Of a stretch of DNA of 64,000 nucleotides, positions 47,901 through 62,900 are shown piece by piece. The notes below the pieces were generated by a model, which ran no database searches, had not been told where the DNA came from, and worked only from the letters and a program-made list of their open reading frames with translations. The stretch is from Oculina patagonica (lineage: Eukaryota), in NCBI RefSeq assembly GCF_052425735.1, contig NC_135765.1, forward strand, positions 19,902,001 through 19,966,000. Reading direction: 5' to 3'. Every line of letters starts with the position of its first letter. Within the stretch, counting starts at the first letter, position 1. The translations under genes were made by a program, and so were the position numbers.

Positions 47901-50900
47901 CAGCATATTGAATTTACACTGCAGAGAGTCAAGAAAAGCAAATGAAGTGATGAATATAGCACAAAACTAAAGGCTAACTTTATAAATCAATTTCGGCTTT
48001 CCGATAAAAATTAATGTTTTGAAAACCTTGAAAGAAACTCTGCTCGCCGGGTGTAAAGCCTATTTATCTGAAAAGCAGTTTCTAAAGCTATACACACTTT
48101 TGTTTAACAAGTTAATAATCTCTGCGTTGATTCCCAGCAGAATTTTTATTCTGATCTGAAACTGTACAAAAGTGAAACTGAATGAAATGCTTCCTTTAAG
48201 TCGTCTACTTATGGCACAATATTGCGATAATTAATTTGACCGTTTCCAATCAAAGAATTCATTTTCTTGAATGACAGCAAGTTGTGTTTTGTTTTTAATT
48301 AGCAAAAAGTGACAGATAAACAAAGCAGTTTAACTGGTAAATGGAGTCTGAGAGAACTTATTATTATTTTTTCTTTTTGAACTTTATTTCTTAGGATTAT
48401 TATTTTTCTTTTGTTTTTCTCTTGAAGATACTTGTTTCTGTTTTTTCTGTGTTTGCCCTTGAGCACAAATAAATAATTATAATCACTTTACCTGCTCTCA
48501 GCATATCAAAATGGAGTAATTTAATTGTCATTCAATGGAGTAAATTAATTATTGTCATTGCTTGTTAAATTCAATTTTTTTTACAAAACTAGCACAAACA
48601 CATACACAGTGGTCGTAAATGAATTAAATGCATTTTGAACTTTGACACTTGTCAAGTGAAAACATCAAGGACTACCAATCGGCATGGTATCTTGTACCTC
48701 AGCTGCCTTGGTCTCTTTCTCCAAGGTTTTCTCCATTGCTTCAAGCTGATCAGGATTTACATCTGATATAATGGAAGAACCCATTCTTCCCTTGACAACC
48801 TTGTTTCCGCCTCCACTCATTGTGCCTTTAAATGAAAAACAAATAAACTTAAGTTTTGCCAAATTAATAGTCTATATTAATTTAAAAAAAAAAAACAAGA
48901 ATGGTCTGAATAAAATACATAATTTAAATTATAAATGCTTGCTAACACCTTTTTATAGTAGGACATGATGATGACAACATTTCAAGACAAATAGTTCATG
49001 TACCATACAAGTATGTCATATTTTTATTTGGGCAATTCCATGTCATGGACGTTACAATTCAGACTAATTTTTAGAACTTTAAACTTGCATTGTCTAAGGA
49101 TGAAAACAAGTTTTGAAACTTTTCATTGATGTACAAGTCTGTGCACCCACCTTAGTGTGTTAATTTGATTACTTCTTTTTTCCAGTTGACTTATTTGTGC
49201 CAGAGAAATATTGAGAAAAACGACTCTCGTGGACGTTACATAAAAATCAACCACGTAATTTAGTGCATTAGCATTACTTTAAAATTCCTGTGAACTTTCA
49301 AGCATTTTCAAAATATCTTCTCCATGTCAATGTAGTTTAGTGATTGTGTTAACTGAAAATTTTGTTTTCACCTCCATTATCTTTCACAGTTTTTCTTGGA
49401 GACTAAAAATGTAACGTCATGGACGTTACAAAAATTGTCATGGATGTTACACTATGTGAATTCTTCTTCAAGTTTACCAAATAAATTAACTTTTTTCAAT
49501 TGTTGGGCTCTATCATTTGTAGTAAAACAATATTTCTTGGCAGTTGGAAATGAAATTATCTTGCTAGTTAATTTAAAACCTGTGGAATGCTCATTTAAAT
49601 TTTTGAGGACATTTCACGGTCCTTACATGACATATAAACCTGCATTTTCAGCAAATCTCTTTCCACAAGCTTGCTGTTTATCAACCCAAATCTGTCTTTT
49701 GGAAAAAACTGCCCACTGCTATACCGCCTAAATATTTTTCCAAAGACTGATAAAGTTTTGCCTTTTTTTCAACATTTTTACAAAAAGTGTAACATCCATG
49801 ATATGGCATCCATGACCAACTTAAACTGCACTTAGTTAAAAAATGTAACAGTTTACCAGAGTTTTGTTATCATCAAAATGTTCATTTTTGATAAGTAAAA
49901 AAGCAGCAGAAATTTTTTAAGAATCCTTCAAATAATAACTTAAGGAGAGAAAAAGAAATGCACAAAATTTCATGGACGTTACGTAACATCCCATGACAGA
50001 ACTTCACATCGCTGTTGCTATTTTTTAAAAATATTTTGGATGAAGTCTTTATCAGTTATTTATCAACACAAATGAGGGAATATTCCTAATATAATTGTTT
50101 GAATTCATAAGCATTTTGAAAGTATGATTTTTGTAAGTTAAAAATGTGCATCACAGACATTGTAAATTATTAAGAAGGTAAACCCCTACTTTGGGGACCT
50201 CCCCTAGAAACACTGTTGTCACAGACAAAGTAAAAGTTGTTTTTTTTGTATACTATAACATGTCTACAATGCAGCACAGGTAATTATTCCATCTGAAATA
50301 TCTTTTGAAAAACCTTGATTTTTACACCTCTCATGTGGAATTGCCCATTTATAAAATAATTAAGATAGTACACACACTCTCATTAGTCGATAGGTGAGTT
50401 TAGATGAGAGTATGTAAATACGCTTGTGACATCACACTTTTTGTGTTTGTGTTGTTTTTCCAGTGGGAAAACAGTGGGCAACTACAACCCAAGACAATTC
50501 TGCTGGGAAGGTCGCCAAGTTTTCGCTCCCCCTCCCCCCTCATTCAATGTTGAAGTATACCTAGAGACTTCAATCACAGCATATTGTCTATCATAATGTT
50601 CAGTAATACTTCAACATTGATATGGGGGAGAGGGGGCCCATACACCTTGTGTACGTACCTATAGATCAAATTTATCAAAAACTTGTTGAAATCAAAGCGA
50701 TCATGTGTAACCTTCCCAAGGACTAATGTCTTGGGTTGTAGTTAAATCGAAATTTGGGTTTATTTGACCTTAGTAGTTTTTTAAAACAATTTTTTAAGCC
50801 TTGTAAACAGTTATTATAACAACATTGATTTATTACAATACCGTACCTGCTTGATCAATGAGTTCTCCTTGTAATGTCACCACACGCCATCTTTTAGTTC

Positions 50901-53900
50901 CCTGATAAAGTAATTTTTTTTTTTTCAATTTAGTAAGCTTGCTGCATACTGTTCACTGCATGGTTTATATTGACCCATGGCTTGTACTACAGTTGTAATT
51001 ATGAATTTCCAAAGAAAACACTGAATGTTACTGTAAAAAAGGTATCATCCCTCCCTACCTGCAACAAAGAACAACTGACTGAACAAAATGAAAGGAATGA
51101 AAAAAAAAAGGGTTTTACTGTAAGCTTGTTTCATGTACCCTGACATGGCAAATCCCTATGCTTAAGCAATACATGCAAGGGGTTTTACCTGATAGGCAAT
51201 GTTTGTGGCTTGTTTTAGATCATCAGCAACAAGTGTGTTTCTTAGAGCAAAGAAGAAAGCAGTGCGAATTTGATCATCCTTCACATGGACCAGGTCATAT
51301 AGGCGTGGTACATTCTCTGGCCTAGTAAGCAAATCATAAAAAAGTGTCAAAGTTGTTAACTTTTCAGAAAATGACACACCTAAGGACATCAATTGCACTG
51401 ACTCAATATCACACATGGCTTAACTAAGCTTGGCAAAAGTAATTAAGTTTCACTAAAGTAGGCCAAAAACTGATGTTTACTACAAAATACTACTAAATTA
51501 AACATAGAGTTTGTCCTTTTCATGGGGCTGGTATGTTCACCCCACCAATTCCAACCTGTCATTGATTTGCTGTAAATGATGGTCTTTGTATCTCTATTGT
51601 ACAAGACTGCAAACTGTTTGCTGTAGCCATTTTTACTGACAACAGTAAGGAGTTGCAGTTAAAAGCTGTGCCAAGCTAGCTTTTCTTGTCCTGTCTTATA
51701 AGAAATAAACCTCCTTCCACATAAAAAAAAATATAAAAATGTTTAAAACAGATCTAAAAATATAAAACGACACTCTAAATTTTCGATCGCCTTCTGCGGT
51801 CTTCTTCAGAGAATGATGGATTTTTGCAAGGTTTGCAGAATGCTAATAAGCTACATCGACGTTATTGTTCGTTGCCCCCCTGGGGAGCAACAAGCGATGC
51901 GTAAACCCTTGGGAAAGGCGTTCTTTCGTTTATACTGTTTTTGTCAAGGAAAGAATGTAAGGATTCCAGAAACAGCCTTTTGTTCTTGCTCCTTACACCT
52001 GTTTCAAGAATTTCGGCGTAACTTGGATGTATGTCGTGGCTGATTTCTGCATGATGTTTAATCGCGGAGTTTATATTTTCGTTTGTACCGGGCTTGTGTT
52101 CGCCCCCCCCTCGATTTCCGGTTTCTTTTGCTTTCCCCAACATATGCAAATGCCCATGTCCTGCAAGTCACTTTGTATACGATGCCTTTCAACTGATCTT
52201 TGTCCGGTCGGTCCTTCTGGGCTTTTTGAAGAGATTTCCTAACGTTCATACTGGTTTAAACGCTGTCTTGATGTTTTCGTGACTCAAAATCCATCCAACA
52301 CTCCTTTCACATACGGAATGGACGTGTATGCTTTTGGATTCTCCTGGGTTCTTGGTTGCGTGTTTGTTTTGTTTGATTTGCCAGCTGACTTGATGAAGCT
52401 CTCAGAGATAACCGTTAGCTTTTAAGTCATTAAAAAATATGTGTGGACCAGAAGGTAATTCCTTTGATCTACTCTCCATGGTTTGTTTTCTTAGCTTGGG
52501 ACATTACAAAGACCCTTTACAATGACCTAGCTATTCTGTCTTTAGTTTGTCCTTTCTCATTGCCCTGCACCTGCTAAGTCTTGTCATGGTCCACCTGGTC
52601 ATGTGGTGGATCAAACAACCTTATTATTATTACTAATAATTGCTAAACTTACGTTTGGATTTTTGAGGATGCATCCTTCTTCCATTTCTCCACCTGCACA
52701 AGCGAGGAAAGGAAACTTTCGTTTTCAATTATTGGGGCTACATTTTTTGGAATTGCTTTTAAGGCATATTCAGGGTTGGAAACTAAAATTTCGGAGCACT
52801 CGCCATCTGGGAATGTGACCTCCAAAATGCACTCACCCAGTCTCCTCCATTAAAGAAAGGAAAATTTAGCCCCCCTTCCCCCACAAATAATAATACAGTA
52901 TATAGCTTAAATTATTAATCATGTTCCATACTCATTGTGCCACTGTGGTGGTCGATTGCAATACAGACTGCAATCTATTTCTTCAATAAAAAAAAAAACG
53001 CCAAAAATGGACCTAACTCCACAATAAAACCATGAGCATGCTTACTTCAAAAGTTGAAACACAAACCTTTTTTAATTTGATACATCTTCCCAAATTCCTG
53101 TAGTTTGCAAGCAAAATGTCAAAATTGTACAGAAAAAGGGGCGGGAAAATCGGGATAAAGCCATTTTGTCACGTTTTGCGGCTCAGTGGACGAATTAGTG
53201 TGTTTATGACCAGAGGTATTACTTTGTACAAGTACGTCCATCATGTAACAATCACCAAACAGAAGCCATTTTTGTCTGTTTACGAACTCGAACGCAGCTT
53301 TGTTGGACATTACAAAATGTTGGTAAGCTATCGGCTTATGAACAGTGCAGATTATTTTGAAGTGAAAAGTAAAAGTTACACATATTTTGGATAATATATT
53401 CCGGATATGAAAATCATCCTTGCTTAACGCCCACAGCTCGCAAGTGGAGGTTAGGTGCCCAAGGGGCCTGGGGCTGCAATCACAATCACACCTCCAAGGT
53501 GCCAGAACCCCCAACTGGCCTGCCCAAACCCGCAACCCAGCCACGAGCCCCCCACATCAGGCCCCCAAACCCAAGCACTCGTCACAATCAAAACCAAATG
53601 GCTTAGTGGAAGAAAACTAAACACTAGGTCCCAGTAAATGGCCCGGTCTCAGGGAAGGGAGGGAACGCTGAGAAATCCACAACAAACTAAAACTACACCA
53701 CGCCAAATAAACAAACAAAAAACACAAGCACATGGGATGGCTAAGAATATACCAAAGGGAGACACCGCTGGACGGGACTCGGCCCCAGTGCTCCAGCAAC
53801 CATAAGAACACCACCAAATGCTACAAACAGATGCCAGAAACGCTAAACGCTACAAACAAACGCCAGAAACACTAGAAACACGCTAATGACCAGGCTCTTG

Positions 53901-56900
53901 CTCCTTGTGGTTAACTATGTTAAAATACATTTAACTGTACTATTAAAATGTACTGTATTGTAAGTTCCAGATTTCAGTTTTCAAATAATTCCCAAATTGG
54001 GTTCACCTTATGCAGTATGATTCCTATAGCGACAGACTGGATTTTACACTTGTGTTCAGAGTCAGCTTAACGTGGTCTCTAAGCTTTTCCGTTATAGCTC
54101 TTGAACTATTTCATTCTACCTGACTTGTGTTTTACATGTGTATGAGAGGTATGAGAGGAGTTTGGCATCCTTGAGAACTAATGTTTTTAAATCACGACCG
54201 TCTCATTTACTCAAGACCTCACGGCAACAAAATTAGTTTTCATTTGACAAAAATGAAAATTAAGTTGCATATTGAACTTCTAATTTTTAGTTGGTAATAA
54301 CTTCAGAAAAGCATTTTATTCAATCCACGATGGGAAACAGAAATTTCTGAAAGTAAGCTACCGTAAAAACCCGCAGATAAGCCGCACCTTTTTCCAAAAT
54401 TTCGCTCGAAAGCGGGGTGCGGCCTGGGAAAGGTGCCGTTCTAACTGTGTAATTATGGAAAAATGTAAATAATATAACATAAAACTACAAGAGAGTACCG
54501 ATGCTGGCAGTTTGACAGCTCCAAAACTGTTTCAGTGTCGACTGCCCAAACTAACAGTAATGATACGACCCGAGACACGAGTAAGATGCCATGTTCTCTC
54601 ATGCACTGATGGAAAATTTCGAACTGATACGAAACCCAGCAACAAGTTTATCCCAAAGATGGCCCCAAATCCTGCGAATGATAGCCACGAAACCGAACGC
54701 CCCATCGCCATCTTGTTTTGCTTGTTCCCGCCCCCCACGCGCCGGCCGACGTCGGCCGAGTTCTGTTGTTGTGACACAAATGGCTCGTGACTCACTTGTT
54801 CCACTCAAAACCCACGAGGCGGGTGCGGACTGCGGGTGCGGTATACGGGGTGTTTACGGTACTTGTGTACCTTGTCAAGGCCAATAAACGTAGCAGCCCC
54901 AATGTTATTATGCTTGAGGAAGGTAATACACTTCTGAGCAGTGTCAATACTGTCACACACAATGTTGTCCAGTGCTCCACATGCTGTACTTATAGCTACA
55001 TCATATTTATCATCTATGGCACCAAGGTCTCCCTGAAAAGAAAATATGAACTTCGCTGAAACCATGGTTAACACTTAATTTTCTTGGGTTTGGATACTGC
55101 AAATGACACAACTTCAGACTTAAAAGAGTACCCTTCCTTTGGGTGACATAAAAAGGACCAGAAGGGGGCAAAAGGGGGGCTTTTCTGAGAGAAGGGAACA
55201 ATCTTGCAATTGGAAACCTGGAACAGCCACCTGTGGTTATTTTGATGTAAGAGCAAGCTGGTAAGTTTAAGAAACTTGAAAGAATAATTACATGTAGAGA
55301 AAGAAGCTGAAGTACATGTAAATGTAACTAGAATGAAGTAACAATACCAAGCAACCATGCAGAATACCTTGAACATCTTTATACCTCAAAAAGTAGTTCA
55401 AAATAAGCCACCCATCAAAATTTTTAATTCCAACTCATGTGATGCCAAAACTTTCATGTCACAGGCAATTAATCTCATCATCTTTGCAGCCACACTGAAG
55501 TGGGCATGTAACAATGGACTGTCACTATAGCACTTACCAGACGACCAAAAATTCCTTGAATCTTTCCTGATGCCTTTTGCTGCATGAGAGCCTCCAACAC
55601 TCTGCCCCTGAAAATTCAACAACAGACACTCCAGTTTCAATTCTGTCATACTAGAACAATAAAAAAAAACCCTCCAAATTCCTAAACAGTCCAAGTACGT
55701 TACTTTCATAAATAGCATGAGGACAAGAAAATGACCTCAACTTATTCAGCCATGATTGAAAATTTGTTTGATATCATTATTGTAGCAGCAACTAACAGAG
55801 ATTTAATTTGTAGTACTGACCTATCAAAGTATATGTGCTGAAAAGTGCTGGAAACTGTTGTGAGCCTCCTTAAAGATGCTAATTTTAGCAACCTGTACTG
55901 TAAGAACTTTTATAACATAGCTAGCAGAGTCACGCAATCAAATTCAGTATATGCAAGCGTGCTCAAAATCCCAATGGCACACGCTGATAACGTAATTGAC
56001 TTGTGAAAATTTCACTGTGAAAAACTCACACGCTGTGTTTTGGGAAAGCTATGAAATCTTATCTTTTATTGAATCCCTTCAATAGGTTTTCAAGGATAAG
56101 AGCTTCAAGGTAAGCTGTTGAGCAAAAGGGAAAATAAATTCGATTCTGCTGTCAATCTTGTGTGCTCTTAACGCACGAGTCTCGAAGGACAAAACACTTT
56201 TTTTTCACTTCCCTAACATTAAAGAAGCCACCAACCAGGAATTACAACAGATCGATGGAATTAAAACTACAATGGACACCAAAAGTGTTGAGACAGTTGG
56301 CACTTTTGAGTACCTTGGACAAATTTTACCCCTCACCCCTTCAATATTACCCCCTCCCCCCAAATCAATGTTGGATTTGCTATCTGCAAGACTTGCCTCG
56401 TTTGTGTACAACATTGAAATGGGGGGGGGGAGGGGGAGTGGTTCTAAAGTGGTAGCAGATAAAAGGTGGAAAAACAGGAATTTTAAATTAGTATTAATTT
56501 CATCCAACTGTCTCAAGGACTTTTGACGCTCATTGTCTGAAAGGGAAATCTAGCTTTTTGCAATAATTATAACTGCAAATTAAGAATCCATGGCAATACA
56601 ATGTTTCGTTTTAACTAGTTGCGTGACACCGTCACACAAGGCGATCGTAGGTGCTAAAATGTGCGAAAATAATCGGTGGAAAGTGATATATATTCGATAT
56701 TTGTACACTGTCCATTGTTCACAATTATTTAATCCATTGTCTTGTGCATACTTGCAATAATTCTGGAAATTCCGCCTTTATCTAGAGACTTCACGGTATC
56801 AGAGATGCGTCCTCAAAACTGATCAAAGGTTATGAAAGTTATATGTTCTTCTTTAGTGCATCGTCATGTAAATAGATTTACCATGTTAAAAATATTTCTT

Positions 56901-59900
56901 CTTTAGCTAAGAGATATGCAATGCACTCAAGGCGTACGAGTACACGGGATGCAACCTGGCACTGTCGAGTTACAGTGTTCCAAATGCCGCAGAGCTCATT
57001 TGATTTGGCCTACAATTTGGGTTAACTTTTTTTTATTTTTGTTTTGACGATCCGAGTTGATCCAAGTTGATCCGACCTGGACTGGTCCGATTTGATCTGA
57101 TATGATCTGGTCCAGTCCAAGTTGATCCATTCCGAGTTTTGTACCTGCCTCATGACAAGGCAACAGTGTAAGTCAATTTTATTCATAAACTATTCATAGT
57201 CTTAGAATACTGTGGCTAATATATTGCATTGCTTTAAAATGGGTTATGGCAGAATACATCAATAAAATAAACAAGAAAAAATAACCTTACTGTAGGAAAC
57301 AAATTTTCTCAAACTTATTTTGATTTCAGCATGGACTGTGGCTGGCCAAAGCCATTACAGTACATTTGATTTGCAGCCAAAATGCTTGATTCTACAACAC
57401 CCATCACTTATAAAGCACGTAATATGCCATCCGTAGGAGAAAAATGCATTGCCAAAAGACAAAATTAAAAGTATCTTGTAGAAAGGTGGAGCCAAAATAG
57501 TACTTGTATTAGAAACCAACCTGCTATGTGAAGCTTGAAGGGAACTTCTTGCTTCCTCAACTTTTGTTCTTATGCTACGAAGCTGAAAAAGAAATTGAAA
57601 ACTGACGATACGCTGAATGATAAATGATAATTATTATACCCATCACCTTGCAGGAAAATTCTTGAACTGTTTGTAGTGGGTATAATTATATTGTACTTGA
57701 ACAGGTTTACGTTAAGCCATGCGCTCCTGAACAGGAACAGTCATTCCCCAGAGGCAACACCCATTTTGGTCAGCTGCAAAAATAAGGACTTCTGTGTGTT
57801 TATTTTGCTTGAAAGTCTACAATTCACCGCCTTCCAGTCATTTTTGGGAGACTCAGAGTTTATTCCATGCACTCAAATTTGATCAACTGACAATCATAAC
57901 ATGAACTCTGCACATGCACGCTCAAAAACTTGGAACCAGCCAGAGGTTGGTATTCCTGGCGCTTACCAAAAGAATGGAGTGTGACTGACAGGGTTTTCAA
58001 AATAAGCCAGTGCCAGAGTTGTGCCGTTGCTTTATTATATGTCATTGGTAACTCTGGTCATAGCAATTGATCAGCTCATGACAAACAAGCTCAACATCAC
58101 AGCCACCTACTCTTCCAGTGATGATGCCTACTTTCAAACATTTTGAAACCCTCAATCTGTCACTTATTGCAATATCTATCACACAATCAGAATTATTGAT
58201 AAAAGCCCACTAATACCTCATCAGAAGCTTTCTTTTCTCCTTGCACAGCTTTAACCAAATCGGCTTCTGCTTTTGTTAACCTGTTCTTTAATTCCGGAAC
58301 TTCATCTTGTAATGACTGTATTTCACTGCAAAAAAATAAGTAAAAAACACAAAACATCACATTTACTATTACTACTTAATTGTAATTGGTGGTGATCACT
58401 GATGCATTACCAAATTAAATATAACATTAACACAACATAATATTTGAAAGTTTTTCTACAGCAGTAGTACAAGGTAGGGCACAGGTGGTTTGTCCACATC
58501 CATCACATCATGTGGACAAGCCATTTTGCCATTTATTTAAAAATTTATTTCTTTGTAGGTCTTTATTTTTCTATGTGAGTGATTAACTATAGTTCCATCA
58601 ACATTCAAACTGTCATGTAATTATCTTTTCCACCTACCAAAGTTAATATTAAGGCCGATTTACATGGTATGATTTTCTTGCGACATGCCTATGACACTGG
58701 CTTACGACACAAATTGTGTCGTGTAAATCAAACCTACAACTCGCTGACGACGATCGTAGGCGTGTTGTAAGATTGTCGCATGTGACAACATCGTACCGTG
58801 TAAATCGACCTTTACACAGCCTAAGAAATGAATTTCTTAAAATAAATTTGCATTGGGTTATTCCAGAAAAAATCCACACACCCCGACGGATGGGGTCGTT
58901 TTTTAACCCCCCTCTCACCTGGATTTCTTGAAGCACAAGACCCTCCCTCCTGTCTGGATTTCCAAGACCAAAGACCCCCCCATCCCGCCTGGATTTCCAG
59001 AAAAAATTATTATGCTTAAATTTAATTAAATTTTAATAGAAAATATGCACAATCACGTCTAGAAGATGTTCTTGTTTAATTTCTAAAGCATCAGCTAATA
59101 TTAAGCTAAGAATTCTATCGTGTGGAACTAAAAGAAGAAAGGAGCAAAAATACAAAAAAGTGAACGCGTGTTTACATTCTTAGCTCATTAAAATCAGTTG
59201 CTCTTTATTCTACACTGCGCTAGATATGGTCCTAAAGTAATACGATTAGTAAAAAATATGATAAAAGAGTCAAATAGTCATTCCTCTTTGCCTGCTTTTA
59301 GAGACATAAGGTCAGTCCTGTCCACTGAAGATCGAGAACTTCTAAATCAAAATCTTTCGAATAACAAAAGTCTAAACTTCATTATTGCGCTGGGTCTGGG
59401 TACGAGTAGAAATGTGCCAGGTGAGTAAAAATGTGTCAAGCGTTTCACGATCTTCGTTGCAACAACGTTGTGAGATCTTGTGACAGGTTCTCTTTAATTT
59501 TGTATCTTGTTTTAACGTTTTCTGCTATAAAAGGACCTGAAGGAACTTAGATTATCATTTATGTCAGGTGAGAAATATATGAACAAAAATATAATCTACT
59601 TTTTCAGGATCTGACGGCGCTGAAGTGTCACCAAACTAAACGTTTGAAGCGCTTGAATAATCGGTTGAAATGAAGTTGAAGTTCAACCCCCCCACCCGCC
59701 TGGATTTCCAGAGCCTTTTACCCCTCCCCCCTCCTGTGAGAATTTCCAGAATCCCATCAGTCGGGGGTGTGTGGATTTTTTCTGGAACAACCTATTTATT
59801 ACATAATTGTAACAAATGTAACTATATCACATTAGGTAATTCAATTATTGAATTTAACTGAATGGGTAAAAAAGAGTTCTCTTTATATGGTTTTGCTTTT

Positions 59901-62900
59901 CAAATATTGTAACCTGCCTATTCATTACAAAAGTAATCTGATGGGAAGGCAATTGAACAAAAGTCATCAAATAATTATTTGCTGTGAAATTCACAAGGCC
60001 CCATTTGTTCAAAGTGTTGATTATGCAACCCCTCAAGTAAACAAGTGTTGAACTAAGGTCAGGTTCATAGCTTACATAGTTTTGTAAGAAAGCACTTCAC
60101 TGGCTGACTTAGAACACGAGTACAGTACATTGGGGTATAAATTATTTGCATGCCCTTTTCATCTACATGTATCTGGTATTCTGGTATTTATTTACTTGGT
60201 ACCTTTTTCTATGTGTTCTGGTTTCCAAAACCTTTTCCAAGTTGTTTTTAGCATCTTTGAGCTGGTTCAAAGCTGTTTCATACTGACTTTTATAAAGGTC
60301 TACCTCACTCTTTGCCACATCCATCTAAAAAGTCATATGTAAGGCCATGTTACCCACTTGTTACCCAATTAAGATGACAACGAAAATAGAAAAAAAATCA
60401 ATGCCACTCATGAACAATGGTAGTAAGTACCAGTAATATGTGTCTCACAGAACTTTCAGGGTTGGGTGCATTTTGGGGTGTAATAGGAAGAGGTTTTCAT
60501 TCTGGTAACATTTTGTATTTATAGTATATATTTTTTCTGGCTAGTGGATATGTTTACATGGTGTAAAGCATCTGACCACTGAGGAAATACTTAACAATTA
60601 TTCCACGAGCCCGCGTTGGATACGACGAGGTGGTAAATAGCCAACGAGAGTTGGCTATAACGACTCGTATCCAACAAGGGCAAATGGAATAATTGTTTTA
60701 TTAAATTCTTCTCAAGTTTAAATCGACTGGACATTTCATTTTGATGTAAACAAAGTGATAGTATGAGGAGGCGCGAAATTTCTGGCGCGGTGTTCACTTC
60801 TTGAGTTGAATGAAACACACGAGGAAAGCGAGCGAGACAGTTTTCTTCCCAAGATTTTCCTCGAAGCTTTTCTGGAAACTACAAGTCTCGTGCAAGTCGA
60901 ACAAAGCAAGTGTTTACATTGTACTTCTTTACGGCTCCACAGCTGTCATCAAGACTGCTATATTTTTTGAAGCGAAATTGAGCTCAAAGTGGAACATGTT
61001 TGTTGAAGTGTAAAAGGACAAAACCAAGATTGAAAGGTAACAAACTTAACTGAAGTGCTGAGCCTAGTTTTATGACGTACACTGAATGAAACTGTGTCAG
61101 TTTGCCGTTTTTTCGTAAATTATTTGCTGCTTTTCTACTTTATTCACTCGCTCTTGTTGTGCGTTTAAAAGTATTAATTAAACTTTTCGCACCTATCCTT
61201 TTGTTTTGCTTAGTTAAATTTACTATGGCATTTCTGTGGATTTTGTAGGCACCGCTAATTATTTCTTGTTCATAAAGCTCGCCAAATTTGCTGTTTAAAA
61301 CCATTTTTTTTGATGGAACTGTCGCTTCCCGCAGAAAAAATTTACGCTAAGCGGCAATCATTTCCCATATAAGGTCAAACATAGGTATATGAGCTGAAAA
61401 CCGGGATTCAGTAAACCAATCAAAAAGCTAGAAATGCAATATCCGAGGTTGAGAATTTAATAATTTATGGCAAGTAGCGCCGCTGTGTCGATGAAAGCGA
61501 ATCCATGTAAATCTTGCAGAAAAATACGGAAAGTTTGGCAAAAACTAAAAGAAATGCTAAAAATACGGCTCTGTAAGGAAAGAACTTCAAGATGGGGAGT
61601 TCTTGAAAGTTAAGTGAACTTGCCTGAATGATTTGGCAGGCCGATAACATGGTTGAATGAAAAGTCTCATCGTTGTGAAGTTTTGCTGGATAATTAGGAA
61701 TCATAGCACAAGAAGCGGATCTAGCGAGGTCGGTAGCAATGGTATGCCTTAATTGTACGGTGAATTGTTCAGATAGCGATCTAAACTAGTTCAGTTTCCT
61801 CTACTTTCATTTCCTCCGTCTTTGTAATGTGCTTCAAGTGTAGAATAAATCTTAAATTGACATCAAATTCTGCTTTGATTTTCTGACAAATATCTCCATT
61901 ATTTCTCTTCCCGAAGCCCATTTTGAATGAAAAAAGTTCACGACTATTATTGTCAGTGTAGCAGTAAAATTTTTACGCTGTTGTTAGAACACCTCAGAGA
62001 AAATACATTTTAAGCGTCATTTTAATCAGATTTGACGGCAAAAGGACGGCAACTGATCGGCCATGTAAAGTTTGAATTTAAGCTTAAAGATCAACAGTTT
62101 GTAGCAAATAGTTTTGTGTGCGTTTACGTATATATTTTTTTCTAATAAAGACTGTCTTAAAGGAAATTTTATTGTTGTAATTGAATGCAAAAATTACTTG
62201 AAAAATGTTTACTGCGTTTTTGTTGCATATTTTTTCGTTCGCTTGAGCTCCCTCCAGGAGCTCGTCTAGCTCACGATCATTGAGGCAGGCAAAGCGCTGT
62301 GGTTCTTCTTTCTTTTGCTTTTTTTTTTTCTCGGGCTCATATGGGAAGAGAAAGCCGGAGCACATTTCAAAATTTGATATTGTTTTCCATTTCTTTAATA
62401 TTTCTACACTTCACAGTTTTTTTTTTAATTGTGCCAGGAAACACAGAAAGCGTGACGTCACAACCGTGTTTACATACTCTCATCTAAACTCACCTATCGA
62501 CCAATGAGAGCGTGCGTACTATCTTAATTATTTTATAACTGGTAGTATATAGTGCTATACACACCTTTGACTTGGCTTCATTGACAACCTTGTTTAATCC
62601 CAATAATTCTCTTTCCTTTGCCTGCAAAAAAATGAAAACTTGTTATAATACAAAGCAGTTGGATTAGAACATATACTTAAAAATAGTTGTACGAAAAAAA
62701 ATTATTTATTTATGTACTCTTTTTGGGAATGTCTTGACTTACAAGCAAATACAAATATTTATCCCCCTCTCCCCCTGTCAATGTTGTTTCATGGCATTTG
62801 CAATTCACCATGCTCTGTTTTTACAACCAGGGTCCGAAATTAACTTTTTTATGCGGGCGCCAAGTGGCGACTCAACTTCTTTTAATGGTCGCCAGATGGA

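Noticed and set aside
53424-53490. Twister- or HDV-like ribozyme (TTAAC...AAGTGGAGG)
   Set aside because: The required P4 and pseudoknot pairings could not be built on either strand.
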